A stretch of 56,138 bases of DNA from Planctomycetota bacterium (GTDB lineage: Bacteria > Planctomycetota > UBA1135), in contig JACNIZ010000216.1 of assembly GCA_014382805.1 (NCBI GenBank), positions 1-56,138 on the forward strand, written 5' to 3'. The notes under the pieces are model-generated. The model worked only from the letters and a program-made list of their open reading frames with translations. It was not told where the DNA came from and made no database searches. Shown in pieces: positions 9,488 to 18,650 of the stretch (position 1 is its first letter; every line of letters starts with the position of its first letter). A program made the position numbers and the translations under genes.

Positions 9488-10302
9488 GCTCAGTTCATCC
9501 CACTGCTTTTGTGGCTCCCGGTGCCGAGCTGGATTCCAGCGTGGTGGTGGGGCCGTTTTGTTACGTTGGCAGTCGCACTAAAATCGGCCCAGGCACAATA
9601 TTAGGGCCGCACGTCACCGTGCAAGGGCATACCACGATTGGCGAACGCAACCATTTTGTGGGCCAATGTGCGATCGGCGGCATGCCGCAAGATTTGAAAT
9701 ACACCGGTGAGGAGTCGGCGCTGGTCATCGGTAACGACAACGTGGTGCGCGAGTTCGTGACCATTAACATCGGCACCGCTGCTGGTTCATGGGTAACCAG
9801 TTTAGGCGACAACAATCTGATTATGGCTTGCGCTCACGTCGCACATGATTGTGTGATTGAGGATAATGTCATCATTGGTAATAACGTATTGTTGGCTGGC
9901 CACGTGCGGATTGAAAACAATGCCATTATTTCCGGTGGTGCGGCGGTCAACCACTACGTCACCATTGGCAAGCAGGCGATGGTGGGTGGTATGAGCCGGG
10001 TGGTGAAAGATGTGCCACCGTTCATGACCATCGAAGGCAGTCCGGCGCGGGTGCGCGGTGTCAATGTCATCGGTCTAAAGCGCAGCAATACGCCGACGGA
10101 AACGGTGCGCCAACTGCGGGCCGCCTTCCGCAAGCTCTTTCAGGATGACACTCCCAGCGCCTTGGTATTGGATGAAATTGAAGCCGTTGAAAGCCTGACG
10201 CCCGAAGTACTGCGTTTGGTTTCATTTCTGCGCGACATGGAAAAGGGCTACCAAGGTCGTTATCGCGAAGCCTTGCGCCGGCCCCCTCAAGCCGACGATT
10301 AA
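9484..10302 (+). CDS. lpxA: Acyl-ACP--UDP-GlcNAc O-acyltransferase LpxA
   Basis: N-terminus IHPTAFV.PGAEL, hexapeptide repeats, MACAHVAHDC and G.N.IGLKR motifs. ATGA overlap with the preceding gene. Confidence 0.93.
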   Translation: MSSVHPTAFVAPGAELDSSVVVGPFCYVGSRTKIGPGTILGPHVTVQGHTTIGERNHFVGQCAIGGMPQDLKYTGEESALVIGNDNVVREFVTINIGTAAGSWVTSLGDNNLIMACAHVAHDCVIEDNVIIGNNVLLAGHVRIENNAIISGGAAVNHYVTIGKQAMVGGMSRVVKDVPPFMTIEGSPARVRGVNVIGLKRSNTPTETVRQLRAAFRKLFQDDTPSALVLDEIEAVESLTPEVLRLVSFLRDMEKGYQGRYREALRRPPQADD

Positions 10303-10307
10303 GCAAA

Positions 10308-11345
10308 ATGTCCGAGCAAAACTCCCCTCAATCCTCCGCGGCGGCAGGTGAGCATGCTGCGACTCCATTGAAAGCATGTGTGGTTGGCGTTGGCCATTTG
10401 GGCCGCCATCATGCGCGAATTTTGGCGGATATGGCCGACGTCAATTTATTGGCGGTGGTCGACTCCGACCCTAAACGCGGCCAGGAAATGGCGTCTTTGT
10501 ACGACTGTGAATACCAAAGCGAGGTGGCTGATTTAATCAACCAGGTGGACTTTGCGATCATCGCAGTGCCGACGGTTTTGCACCGGCAATGCGCCGCTCC
10601 GTTTTTGAAGGCGGGAAAAGCCTGCCTGATTGAAAAGCCAATGGCGCCCGATGTTGCAACCTGCGAGGCAATTTTGGCTGATGCGGAAGAGGGTGGCGCC
10701 ATGGTCGGCGTCGGCCATGTGGAGCGCTTTAATCCTGCGGTGCAACGCGCGCGCGAACTAGGTATTCAACCGCGTTTTATTGAAGCGCACCGATTGGCAC
10801 CCTATTCCTTCCGCAGTACCGACGTCGGGGTGGTCTTGGATTTGATGATCCATGACATCGACTTGTGTTTGGCTTGGATCGGGCGGCCGGTCGTATCCGT
10901 CGACGCCGTTGGCGGTTCAACTTTGAGCCCATCTGAAGATATTGTTTCGGCAAGACTGCGTTTTGAGGGTGGGGCGGTGGCGAATTTGACGGCGTCGCGC
11001 TTGTCCTTAAAACCGATGCGACGTTTCCGATTTTTTGGCCCGGATAGTTATGTGTCGATTGACTCGCAAGACCGGTATTCACTTTTGGTGCGTAAATCCA
11101 AAGATTTCAGCCCGGAAAAAATTGCCGAAGCTGCTGCTTCCGCCAATCCGTTGGAGGGTTTTCAAAGCCTTCTGGACTTGGAGGAACTGCAATTGGAAGA
11201 GGCCGAGCCGTTGCGTGCCGAGCTAGAAGCTTTCACCGCTGCCGTCCGTGACGGTACCGAGCACGAAGTCAGTGGCAAGGATGGGCGCGATAACGTCGTC
11301 GTTGCCTATCAGGTATTGGCTAGCATGGAAGCGAACGGTTGGTAA
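10308..11345 (+). CDS. Gfo/Idh/MocA-family NAD(P)-dependent oxidoreductase (possible GnnA-like role)
   Basis: Rossmann motif VVGVGHLGRHH, an EKP motif (CLIEKPMA) and a GH.ERFNP segment. It follows lpxA by 5 nt. Confidence 0.8.
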   Translation: MSEQNSPQSSAAAGEHAATPLKACVVGVGHLGRHHARILADMADVNLLAVVDSDPKRGQEMASLYDCEYQSEVADLINQVDFAIIAVPTVLHRQCAAPFLKAGKACLIEKPMAPDVATCEAILADAEEGGAMVGVGHVERFNPAVQRARELGIQPRFIEAHRLAPYSFRSTDVGVVLDLMIHDIDLCLAWIGRPVVSVDAVGGSTLSPSEDIVSARLRFEGGAVANLTASRLSLKPMRRFRFFGPDSYVSIDSQDRYSLLVRKSKDFSPEKIAEAAASANPLEGFQSLLDLEELQLEEAEPLRAELEAFTAAVRDGTEHEVSGKDGRDNVVVAYQVLASMEANGW

Positions 11346-11365
11346 AAACACTTTGTGTGAAGCGC

Positions 11366-12046
11366 TTATTCCAACTCAAAAGGCGGAATTGATTTTTGTG
11401 CATCGGGCAGCGGCTGAGTGGCTTCCACTTGCCAATCGGACTCAACTCGAATTTTGCTTTGGGCCAAGCTCTTAAAAAGTTGTGTGCGCCGGTGTGGCAA
11501 CTTGAAGCCCGGTTGTAGTAACCTGCCCATGCCCACGGGATCGGCGCTAGCTAGCCAACGGCTCCATGCCATATATTTGCCTGGCAGCTTGCGATGCTGA
11601 CAAATTTGTGCGGTCGCCAACCCGGCGGCACCGGCCAATCCCGGCCGCCATCGCCATTTCAAAAAATCGTCGAAGTCTGCCCAAGCGCCGGGCGCCAGCT
11701 GCAACATTTCAAGCAAAATGACTTGAGCCTGCCCTTCTGTGCATAGATTGCGGGTACGATCGAGTTTTGCAGAAGGCAAGCTTTGCCAAAAGCTGATATC
11801 AGATTTCTGGATGCTTGCAGCTTGTTGAGCAAGAGCGTAAATCGGGTCGTGGTGCTCGGCCATGAAAGCCGAATAATGCTGCCAATTCTGCCACCAACCG
11901 AAAACCCAGGCGTCGTTATCATTCCATCCGCCTTGCTGGGAAATAAAGCCTGGCAGGTCTGCTAGGGCGGTCCATAGTTGCTGACCTTCCGCGAACATTT
12001 TTCGTTCTTCGGGGGAGATTTGGCACCGGATGGCCTTCAGCAGCAT
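11366..12046 (-). CDS. Hypothetical protein, DUF4937-like / ABM-type alpha+beta barrel duplication (tentative)
   Basis: 226-aa ORF. The N-terminal pattern W..L....GF..Q.GGW......W.....Y..FM..HD resembles DUF4937. The assignment is by eye only. Confidence 0.5.
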   Translation of the reverse strand: MLLKAIRCQISPEERKMFAEGQQLWTALADLPGFISQQGGWNDNDAWVFGWWQNWQHYSAFMAEHHDPIYALAQQAASIQKSDISFWQSLPSAKLDRTRNLCTEGQAQVILLEMLQLAPGAWADFDDFLKWRWRPGLAGAAGLATAQICQHRKLPGKYMAWSRWLASADPVGMGRLLQPGFKLPHRRTQLFKSLAQSKIRVESDWQVEATQPLPDAQKSIPPFELE

Positions 12047-12098
12047 GGATCTATGCTAACTCAAATGCCCCTTCGGTTGCCAGCATGATGCCACAACG

Positions 12099-12137
12099 GA
12101 TCCAGCCCAGGCCATTTACCATGGCCTGGGCTGGATC
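12099..12137 (-). other. Perfect 17-bp stem / 5-nt loop hairpin downstream of the cus operon
   Basis: GATCCAGCCCAGGCCAT (12099-12115) is the exact reverse complement of 12121-12137. There is no adjacent U-tract on either strand. Confidence 0.4.
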
Positions 12138-12170
12138 GGTCCGGATGGTTGGCCCGGGATGGACCAGGTT

Positions 12171-13049
12171 TTATGAGTTGGAAGTACCATGATTCGCCGC
12201 GCCGTCGTGGGCGGTGGCTTCATGGCCAGCCTTTTCCATTACCTTTTTGACAGCAGCCGGTGGTGGGCCGGTTTCTGGCATTTTGTCCAAGTTCTTCAGG
12301 TACTTTTCAGGGCTTTCCAAGAATTTGGTTCGTGTGCCTTCGGAGCAGAAGTAAAAACGTCGCGCACCCATGGTGACGAAATAGCGACGGTCTTTTACGG
12401 CCATTTTTGGCATCACTGGGCAGCGGTCTGAAGCTGGTTGCAGTACGATTTTTTGCTCGGCCAACTTAGAAAAGTATTTGCCAGGATCGGCACGCCATTT
12501 CTTTTCGCAGCCAGGGCAGCACTGGTCTACATGAGTTCCGTTCACGACGAACGAATTCTCCGGAATGATTTTTCCACCCATGACGGCGCAACGCTCTTGA
12601 GCCTTGCGACCTTCAAGTTTGTCAAAATACTTGATCGGTTCTGCGTTAACTTTCTTCGCGCATTTTTTGCAGCAAACCTTAATGGTTTTGTTGCCGAATG
12701 CCAAAGTCACTGCATCTTCGTCGAGCTCTTCTCCTGAAACCACGCAAGTGGTTTGGGTGTTTTCAACGGCTTGGCCGGACTTTGCCATTGCGGAAATGAA
12801 TTTATCCGGGAAAGCGGTGAATTTCTTGACGCACTTTTTGCAGCACACGTAAACCCGTTGACCTTCATAGTCGACGAAGTTTGTTTTGTCTTCCAATACT
12901 TCCCCGCTGATGGGGCAAGTAGTTTGGGCTGCCAGAATTGTTGGAACGGCCGCTTTCGCGTCGGTTGCGGTTTTGGCGTGGTCGTGCTCTTGCGCAAAAG
13001 CCGGCAGGCCTAATGCAATCAAAGCTGTTAATCTAATTAAGGTTTTCAT
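12171..13049 (-). CDS. Secreted protein with four tandem YHS/TRASH-like Cys modules (putative periplasmic metal chaperone)
   Basis: Signal peptide MKTLIRLTALIALGLPAFA. Repeats: C45-x23-CC-x2-C73, C102-x23-CC-x2-C130, C154-x22-CC-x2-C181. A fourth repeat resembles canonical YHS (C210...YFCS). Each repeat ends P.K(Y/F). His-rich termini (HDH; HEATAHDGAANH). 4-nt overlap with cusA. Confidence 0.8.
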   Translation of the reverse strand: MKTLIRLTALIALGLPAFAQEHDHAKTATDAKAAVPTILAAQTTCPISGEVLEDKTNFVDYEGQRVYVCCKKCVKKFTAFPDKFISAMAKSGQAVENTQTTCVVSGEELDEDAVTLAFGNKTIKVCCKKCAKKVNAEPIKYFDKLEGRKAQERCAVMGGKIIPENSFVVNGTHVDQCCPGCEKKWRADPGKYFSKLAEQKIVLQPASDRCPVMPKMAVKDRRYFVTMGARRFYFCSEGTRTKFLESPEKYLKNLDKMPETGPPPAAVKKVMEKAGHEATAHDGAANHGTSNS

Positions 13050-16000
13050 GAATCTTTTTGTGGTGTATCGGGATGGGTAGCTAGTAGTGGTTTAGGCTTT
13101 ACTGATTTAGCTTTGGAAGCATCGATTTTACGAATTTTGTACTCCTCGTGTATGCTAGTCAGCACCGGCACTACAAACATGGTGATTAAGGCGACAATCA
13201 TTCCTCCGAGGGAGGGGATTGCCATGGGAACCATGACGTCCGCGCCTCGGCCAGTAGAACTCATGACCGGTAACAAGGCGAGGGTGGTGGTGGCAGTGGT
13301 CATCAAGCAGGGCCGACAGCGTCGTTTACCTGCTTCAATGACCGTTTTGCGCACCTCGGAGATGGATTTTGGCTTGCGCCTCTCCAGGTTCTGTTTGAGG
13401 TAGGTGGCGATGACTACGCCGTCGTCGGTGGCGATGCCGAATAGGGCGAGGAAACCAACCCAGACTGCAACGGATAGATTGCGTGGGCTGACTTGGAAAA
13501 GGTCTCGCATGTTGGTACTGAGAACTTCAAAGTCGAGGAAGCCTGCCGTGGAGTACAGCCAAAGTAAAAGGAAGCCTCCGGACCAGGCAACGAACACCCC
13601 TGAAAATACGAAGCAGGTGGTCATGATCGAATTGAACTGTAAGTACAGAACTAACAAGATTAGGAGTAGCGCAACAGGCAAAACGACGGCCAGAGTTTTA
13701 GATGCTCGTACTTGGTTTTCCCATGCTCCAGCGAAGTAATAAGAGACTCCTGTGGGAAGCTGCCATTCGCCGCTTTCCAATTTGCCCGAGAGGTAGTCGC
13801 GGCATTGTTCAATGACATCAACTTCGGCTAGCCCTGGTTTGCTGCCGAAGGTGACGTATGCCACTAAAAAGGTGTCTTCAGTTTTAATCGCCTGAGGGCC
13901 ACGGGAATAATTAATTTTTGCAACTTGCGAAAGCGGGATTTGGGCGCCCGATGGCGTCGGCAGTAGCAAGCGCTCCATCTCCTCAAGCGAATCGCGACGT
14001 TCTCGTTGGTAGCGCACTCGAACCGGATAGCGCTCCCGTCCTTCGATGGTTGTAGTGATTTTTTTGCCGCCCAAACCCACCTCTAGGATTTGATGCACAT
14101 CCATCACGTTTAAGCCGTAGCGTGCCGCCTCTTTGCGATCAATTTCAAATTCGAGGTAAGGTTTGCCAATCACCCGATCGGCAATGACCGTGGCTGGCTC
14201 TACCACCGGTACCTCCTTGAGCATGCTTTCTACTTGCAGGGCTACCGCCTCGATGGTGGCAAGATCGGGTCCTTTGATTTTCAAACCCATCGGTGCACGC
14301 ATGCCACTTTGCAACATGACCAAGCGTGCGGCAATGGGTTGTAATTTAGGCGCTGAAGTCACCCCAGGCAACTTGGCGACGCGAACAATTTCCTCCCACA
14401 CATCTTGCGCGGTTTTGATTTCTTCGCGCCAGACTCGCACCGGATCACCATTTTCGTCGAATATATATTCCGGCTTGAGTTCGATGATGGTTTCGACCAT
14501 GGAAACCGGTGCTGGGTCCAAAGCGGATTCCACTCGTCCGAGTTTGCCGACTGCCATTTCCACCTCAGGAATGGCCTGAATCGCCATGTCCATTTGGCGC
14601 AGGATTTCCATGGTGGTGCCGATGGAAGCGTGTGGGGCGGTGGTCGGCATGAAGAGGAATGATCCTTCATCCAACGGCGGCATAAACTCGCGACCAAAAC
14701 CTGGCAATGCATGGCGCGCATCAGTCCAGATTTCGGTTTTTTCTAGACGCTCGCCAGGCAATCCGACCAAGTTAAGACCGGCTGGAATCCAACCAAAGAC
14801 AGTTTGAAAGCCTAGCCAGCTGGAAAATCCGAACAGGATAATGGCGCTCGGAAGCAGCAAAAATTTCTTTTTGTGCGCCAAACAAAGTCCCAAAATCCAA
14901 GGATAGGCGCGTTCGAACAAGCGAAAGAAAAGAAGCAGGCTGGTGACAATTGCCAGGCAGAACACCAAGTTTCGACCGGGGAACTCTATTCCTAACGGGT
15001 GCCATGCGCGAGACAGCAACCAGCCAACCAATGCATACAACAAAAGATTGACGAGGGCTCCATAGCGCTGCTTGGATAGGATTTTTACCCGCGGACGCAA
15101 GAAGGTCGCCGCCAATACCGGCAAAAACAAGATGGCTACTACGGCTGACCCGAGCAAGGCAAAAGTTTTGGTCCAGGCCAACGGTTGGAACAATTTGCCT
15201 TCGGCACCGGTCATGGTGAATACCGGTAAAAAACCCAGAATGGTAGTGGTGATTGCAGTCAGCACCGCCGGTCCAACTTCGGCTACACCAGCTTTCACCG
15301 CCTCGACTCGATTGACACCGACCCCGCCCTCGTCCATCCGTTCCTGGATGTTTTCGATCATCACAATTCCGACGTCGACTATAGTGCCAATCGCAATTGC
15401 AATGCCGGATAGGGCGACCAGGTTGGCGTCGACTCCGGCCACCTTCATTAGGATGAAACAGAACAGTACTACCAACGGCAGCGTGGCCGAAACCAGTAGC
15501 GCCGGACGCATCCGCATCAACAGCAGCAGCACCACCATAATTGTGACCAAAATCTCTTGCGAGATGGCCTCGTTCAAAGTGTCCAGCGTTTCATAAATCA
15601 GGCCGGTTCGATCATAAAACGGCACGATGGTTAATTGTGAAACCGTACCGTCGGCCAAGGTCTTTTTGGGTAAACCCGGAGCGATCTCTTTGATCTTGGC
15701 CTTTAATGCTTTGATGGCAGCCAATGGATTGGATCCATAGCGCACTACCGCCACCCCACCGACGACTTCGGCCCCGCCCTTGTCCAACGCACCGCGGCGT
15801 TGTGCCGGTCCAGCCGAAACCGTCGCCACGTCGACAATTCGTATCGCGACGCCATCTTCAGAACGGACTACAGCTTGCTCTAGGTCTGACAGGCTTTCGA
15901 CCCAGCCCAAACCGCGCACAAAATACTCGACCGCGTTTAATTCAATCACTCGAGCGCCGACCTCCAAGTTTGCTTCTCGCACCGCTTGGAATATTTGCTG

Positions 16001-16663
16001 CAAAGTCACACGATGGGCACGCATGGCCTCAGGGTCGACGTCGACCTGATATTCGCGCAAGTAACCACCGACCGATGCAACCTCGGCAATCCCGGCTGCC
16101 GACATCAACGCATAGCGCACTAACCAGTCTTGCGAACTACGTAATTCATCAAGGTCCCAACCACCGGTTGGGTTTCCTGCCGCATCACGACCTTCCAGGG
16201 TGTACCAAAATACTTGCCCCAAGGCGGTAGCGTCTGGTCCTAGAGCGGGTTGAATACCGTCGGGTAGCGTGCCAGCGGGCAAGCTATTTAACTTTTCTAG
16301 GACTCGCGATCGCGACCAATAAAACTCAATGTCATCTTCGAAGATGACATACACTGTCGAAAAACCAAAGTAGGAATAAGAACGAATCGTTTTCACGCCC
16401 GGCACGCCAAGCAGCGACACCGTGAGCGGATAAGTCACCTGGTCTTCGACGTCTTGCGGCGAGCGCCCCATCCATTCGGTGAAAACAATTTGCTGGTTTT
16501 CCCCGATGTCTGGAATCGCATCCACCGGAACCGGATTGCGCGGCAGATCGCCAATCTTCCAATCGAATGGCGCAACCAAAACTCCCCAGCCGACGAGCAT
16601 CAGCATCAGCAGCCACACGGCCAAGCGACGCTCTAAAAATGCATTGCTTAATTTTTCAAGCAT
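13046..16663 (-). CDS. cusA: Heavy-metal efflux RND permease, CusA-type (Cu/Ag), long form of 1205 aa
   Basis: Typical HME-RND N-terminus and MPPLDEGSFLFMPTT (equivalent to the E. coli CusA LYMPS Met region). About 80 extra residues with additional hydrophobic segments lie between TM6 and that motif. Confidence 0.9.
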   Translation of the reverse strand: MLEKLSNAFLERRLAVWLLMLMLVGWGVLVAPFDWKIGDLPRNPVPVDAIPDIGENQQIVFTEWMGRSPQDVEDQVTYPLTVSLLGVPGVKTIRSYSYFGFSTVYVIFEDDIEFYWSRSRVLEKLNSLPAGTLPDGIQPALGPDATALGQVFWYTLEGRDAAGNPTGGWDLDELRSSQDWLVRYALMSAAGIAEVASVGGYLREYQVDVDPEAMRAHRVTLQQIFQAVREANLEVGARVIELNAVEYFVRGLGWVESLSDLEQAVVRSEDGVAIRIVDVATVSAGPAQRRGALDKGGAEVVGGVAVVRYGSNPLAAIKALKAKIKEIAPGLPKKTLADGTVSQLTIVPFYDRTGLIYETLDTLNEAISQEILVTIMVVLLLLMRMRPALLVSATLPLVVLFCFILMKVAGVDANLVALSGIAIAIGTIVDVGIVMIENIQERMDEGGVGVNRVEAVKAGVAEVGPAVLTAITTTILGFLPVFTMTGAEGKLFQPLAWTKTFALLGSAVVAILFLPVLAATFLRPRVKILSKQRYGALVNLLLYALVGWLLSRAWHPLGIEFPGRNLVFCLAIVTSLLLFFRLFERAYPWILGLCLAHKKKFLLLPSAIILFGFSSWLGFQTVFGWIPAGLNLVGLPGERLEKTEIWTDARHALPGFGREFMPPLDEGSFLFMPTTAPHASIGTTMEILRQMDMAIQAIPEVEMAVGKLGRVESALDPAPVSMVETIIELKPEYIFDENGDPVRVWREEIKTAQDVWEEIVRVAKLPGVTSAPKLQPIAARLVMLQSGMRAPMGLKIKGPDLATIEAVALQVESMLKEVPVVEPATVIADRVIGKPYLEFEIDRKEAARYGLNVMDVHQILEVGLGGKKITTTIEGRERYPVRVRYQRERRDSLEEMERLLLPTPSGAQIPLSQVAKINYSRGPQAIKTEDTFLVAYVTFGSKPGLAEVDVIEQCRDYLSGKLESGEWQLPTGVSYYFAGAWENQVRASKTLAVVLPVALLLILLVLYLQFNSIMTTCFVFSGVFVAWSGGFLLLWLYSTAGFLDFEVLSTNMRDLFQVSPRNLSVAVWVGFLALFGIATDDGVVIATYLKQNLERRKPKSISEVRKTVIEAGKRRCRPCLMTTATTTLALLPVMSSTGRGADVMVPMAIPSLGGMIVALITMFVVPVLTSIHEEYKIRKIDASKAKSVKPKPLLATHPDTPQKDS

Positions 16664-16664
16664 C

Positions 16665-18650
16665 TTATTTTTCCTCGCTCAAAGTCCTAATGACTTCGCC
16701 ACACATCAGCATTTCAGAGCCAAAATATGGATTGCGAATGTCGTCGCCAAATTGCAACCAATCTGCGCCGTTGTCGTCGTCGGCCATGGGGCAAAAGGCA
16801 AGCTTTAATTCGCCAGCACCGGCAGTTCCGAAACGTTGCACGGTTTCGATCATGATGGAGCTAAGTGGCAAAAAGAATGCTCGAGCGGCGTCCATTTGAT
16901 CAGTTGCGATCATTTCTTCCAAAGGAAGACGAACTTGCTCTTCCAGCTCCATCCACATTTTGTGGGCGTCACCCTCTACGCCGTCATGGGGCATAAGATC
17001 CAGTGCCGCGATGGTGTTTTTAGCTGCCGATTGTGCAGCGAGCAGGTCGTCGCCAGCTAGGCCAACTTGAATGCCAACATAAGCCTTTGCAAGTGCACCT
17101 AATTGGGTTTGAAAGGCCGCATTGGCTGGCAAACGGTCCCAACTCATTTCGTGCGGCATCATTTCTGCCATGGAGGCATCGCCCGGCATTCCGCCATGAT
17201 TGTGGCCGCCTGAGCCGCCCCCCTCAGGACTCATCATGCTGACCTTTCCGGTTAGCTGCAATTCGGCGTCCAAACGGAAAGCACCTTTGTCAACCACCAA
17301 TTCACCTTCCCTCAATCCTTCATTCACCACAAACCAATCGCCAGCACGTGGACCGAGAACAATTTGACGTCCTTGAAAGTGGGGCTCTTCGCCAGGAAGT
17401 CGCACATAAACTACGGCGCGTTTGCCAGTGATCAGTGGGGCCGTGACGGGAATGACCAAGGGGTCGTCTTCGTAAAAGGAGTCTGTGCTTCCCATTTCGG
17501 ATGCGGGAATTAAATCCATTCCGCATTTGGGACAGGCTCCTGCCACCTCTACAATTACTTCCGGGTGCATGGGGCAGATCCAACTGCCTTCCAAGTCCGG
17601 ATCCATGGCCCGTCCTGAATTGGAAAGCTGCGCATGCAAGCGCGCTTTGACCACCATGCCAGGACGAAGTTTGCCGTCGGCGTTGTCGACTTGCACGCGT
17701 AAATGAATGGTGCGGGTGTGCTCGTGTAGCACCGGTGAAATCAGCGAAACTCGACCGCCGAAAATTTCTCCCGGCCAACCAAGTACGTCGAATTCGACCT
17801 TTTGGCCGTAACGCAGCCAGGGCAGGTCGGTTTCGTAGGCGTCGAGTTCTAGCCAAACCTGATCCAAGTTGGCGATTTGATACAAAACCTCGCCTTCTTT
17901 TACATAGCGCCCAAGCATCGCATTTTTATGCACGACGAACCCGTCAATGGTTGCATAAACAATTTCTCGTTCGTTTGGTTTGCCATTTTTTTCAAGTTGT
18001 TTGATTTGCTCTTCGCTCACTCCCATCAAACGCAAGCGACCTCGCGCGGCCGACGCCAAGCGTGCGTTGCCATCCCGAGCTTCCAAGAAGTCACGTTCCG
18101 CGGCATATAAATCTTGACTATAAAGGGCCACCAAGTGGTCTCCTTTTTTGACCGGTATGTAAGTGGAATCGACAAAAATTTGATCGATACGGCCTGCAAA
18201 CCAAGCGGGAATTGCCGCCATTTTTGTTTGGTCATATGCAATTTTCCCAACCATGGAAACTTCGTGTGTCACTTCCATGCGTTGAACCGGAGTCGTAGAT
18301 ATTTCCGCCAAAGCGACGGCAGTGGCACTCATTTTCAATTCCGAAGGACCCGTTGCCCCGCCAGAGTTAGGCACCAATTCAATCAAATCCATATTGCAGA
18401 TGGGGCACAAGCCAAATTCAGGCAACATCACCGTCGGGTGCATGGAGCAAGTCCAAACACTAGGCTCGGCAGCGGCGGCATCTTCCTGCCCATCTGCGGC
18501 GCTGGCGAGTTCAGTTTCCGTAGGCACTTGCTGTTGATTCGGATGCAATCCCCAGCCAATCAACGCACCAATCAACAATAGCAGCCAAATGGGTAGGTGA
18601 ATGGGCTTTAGATTTTTTTTGGTCGACTTCTTGTTTTCAATTTCGCTCAT
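16665..18650 (-). CDS. cusB: Efflux RND periplasmic adaptor (CusB-type) with two heavy-metal-binding domains and a DUF3347-like C-terminus
   Basis: WTCSMHPTV...CPICNMDL and WICPMHPEV...CPKCGMDL (HMBD pattern). Barrel-sandwich hybrid/beta-barrel MFP core. C-terminus FCPMADD...WLQ...NPYFGSEMLMCGE. Confidence 0.88.
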   Translation of the reverse strand: MSEIENKKSTKKNLKPIHLPIWLLLLIGALIGWGLHPNQQQVPTETELASAADGQEDAAAAEPSVWTCSMHPTVMLPEFGLCPICNMDLIELVPNSGGATGPSELKMSATAVALAEISTTPVQRMEVTHEVSMVGKIAYDQTKMAAIPAWFAGRIDQIFVDSTYIPVKKGDHLVALYSQDLYAAERDFLEARDGNARLASAARGRLRLMGVSEEQIKQLEKNGKPNEREIVYATIDGFVVHKNAMLGRYVKEGEVLYQIANLDQVWLELDAYETDLPWLRYGQKVEFDVLGWPGEIFGGRVSLISPVLHEHTRTIHLRVQVDNADGKLRPGMVVKARLHAQLSNSGRAMDPDLEGSWICPMHPEVIVEVAGACPKCGMDLIPASEMGSTDSFYEDDPLVIPVTAPLITGKRAVVYVRLPGEEPHFQGRQIVLGPRAGDWFVVNEGLREGELVVDKGAFRLDAELQLTGKVSMMSPEGGGSGGHNHGGMPGDASMAEMMPHEMSWDRLPANAAFQTQLGALAKAYVGIQVGLAGDDLLAAQSAAKNTIAALDLMPHDGVEGDAHKMWMELEEQVRLPLEEMIATDQMDAARAFFLPLSSIMIETVQRFGTAGAGELKLAFCPMADDDNGADWLQFGDDIRNPYFGSEMLMCGEVIRTLSEEK

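Noticed and set aside
15072-16230. 174-aa and 168-aa + strand ORFs inside cusA
   Set aside because: They are antisense to the RND permease. Their composition is low-complexity T/S/P/R-rich, with no signals of real genes.
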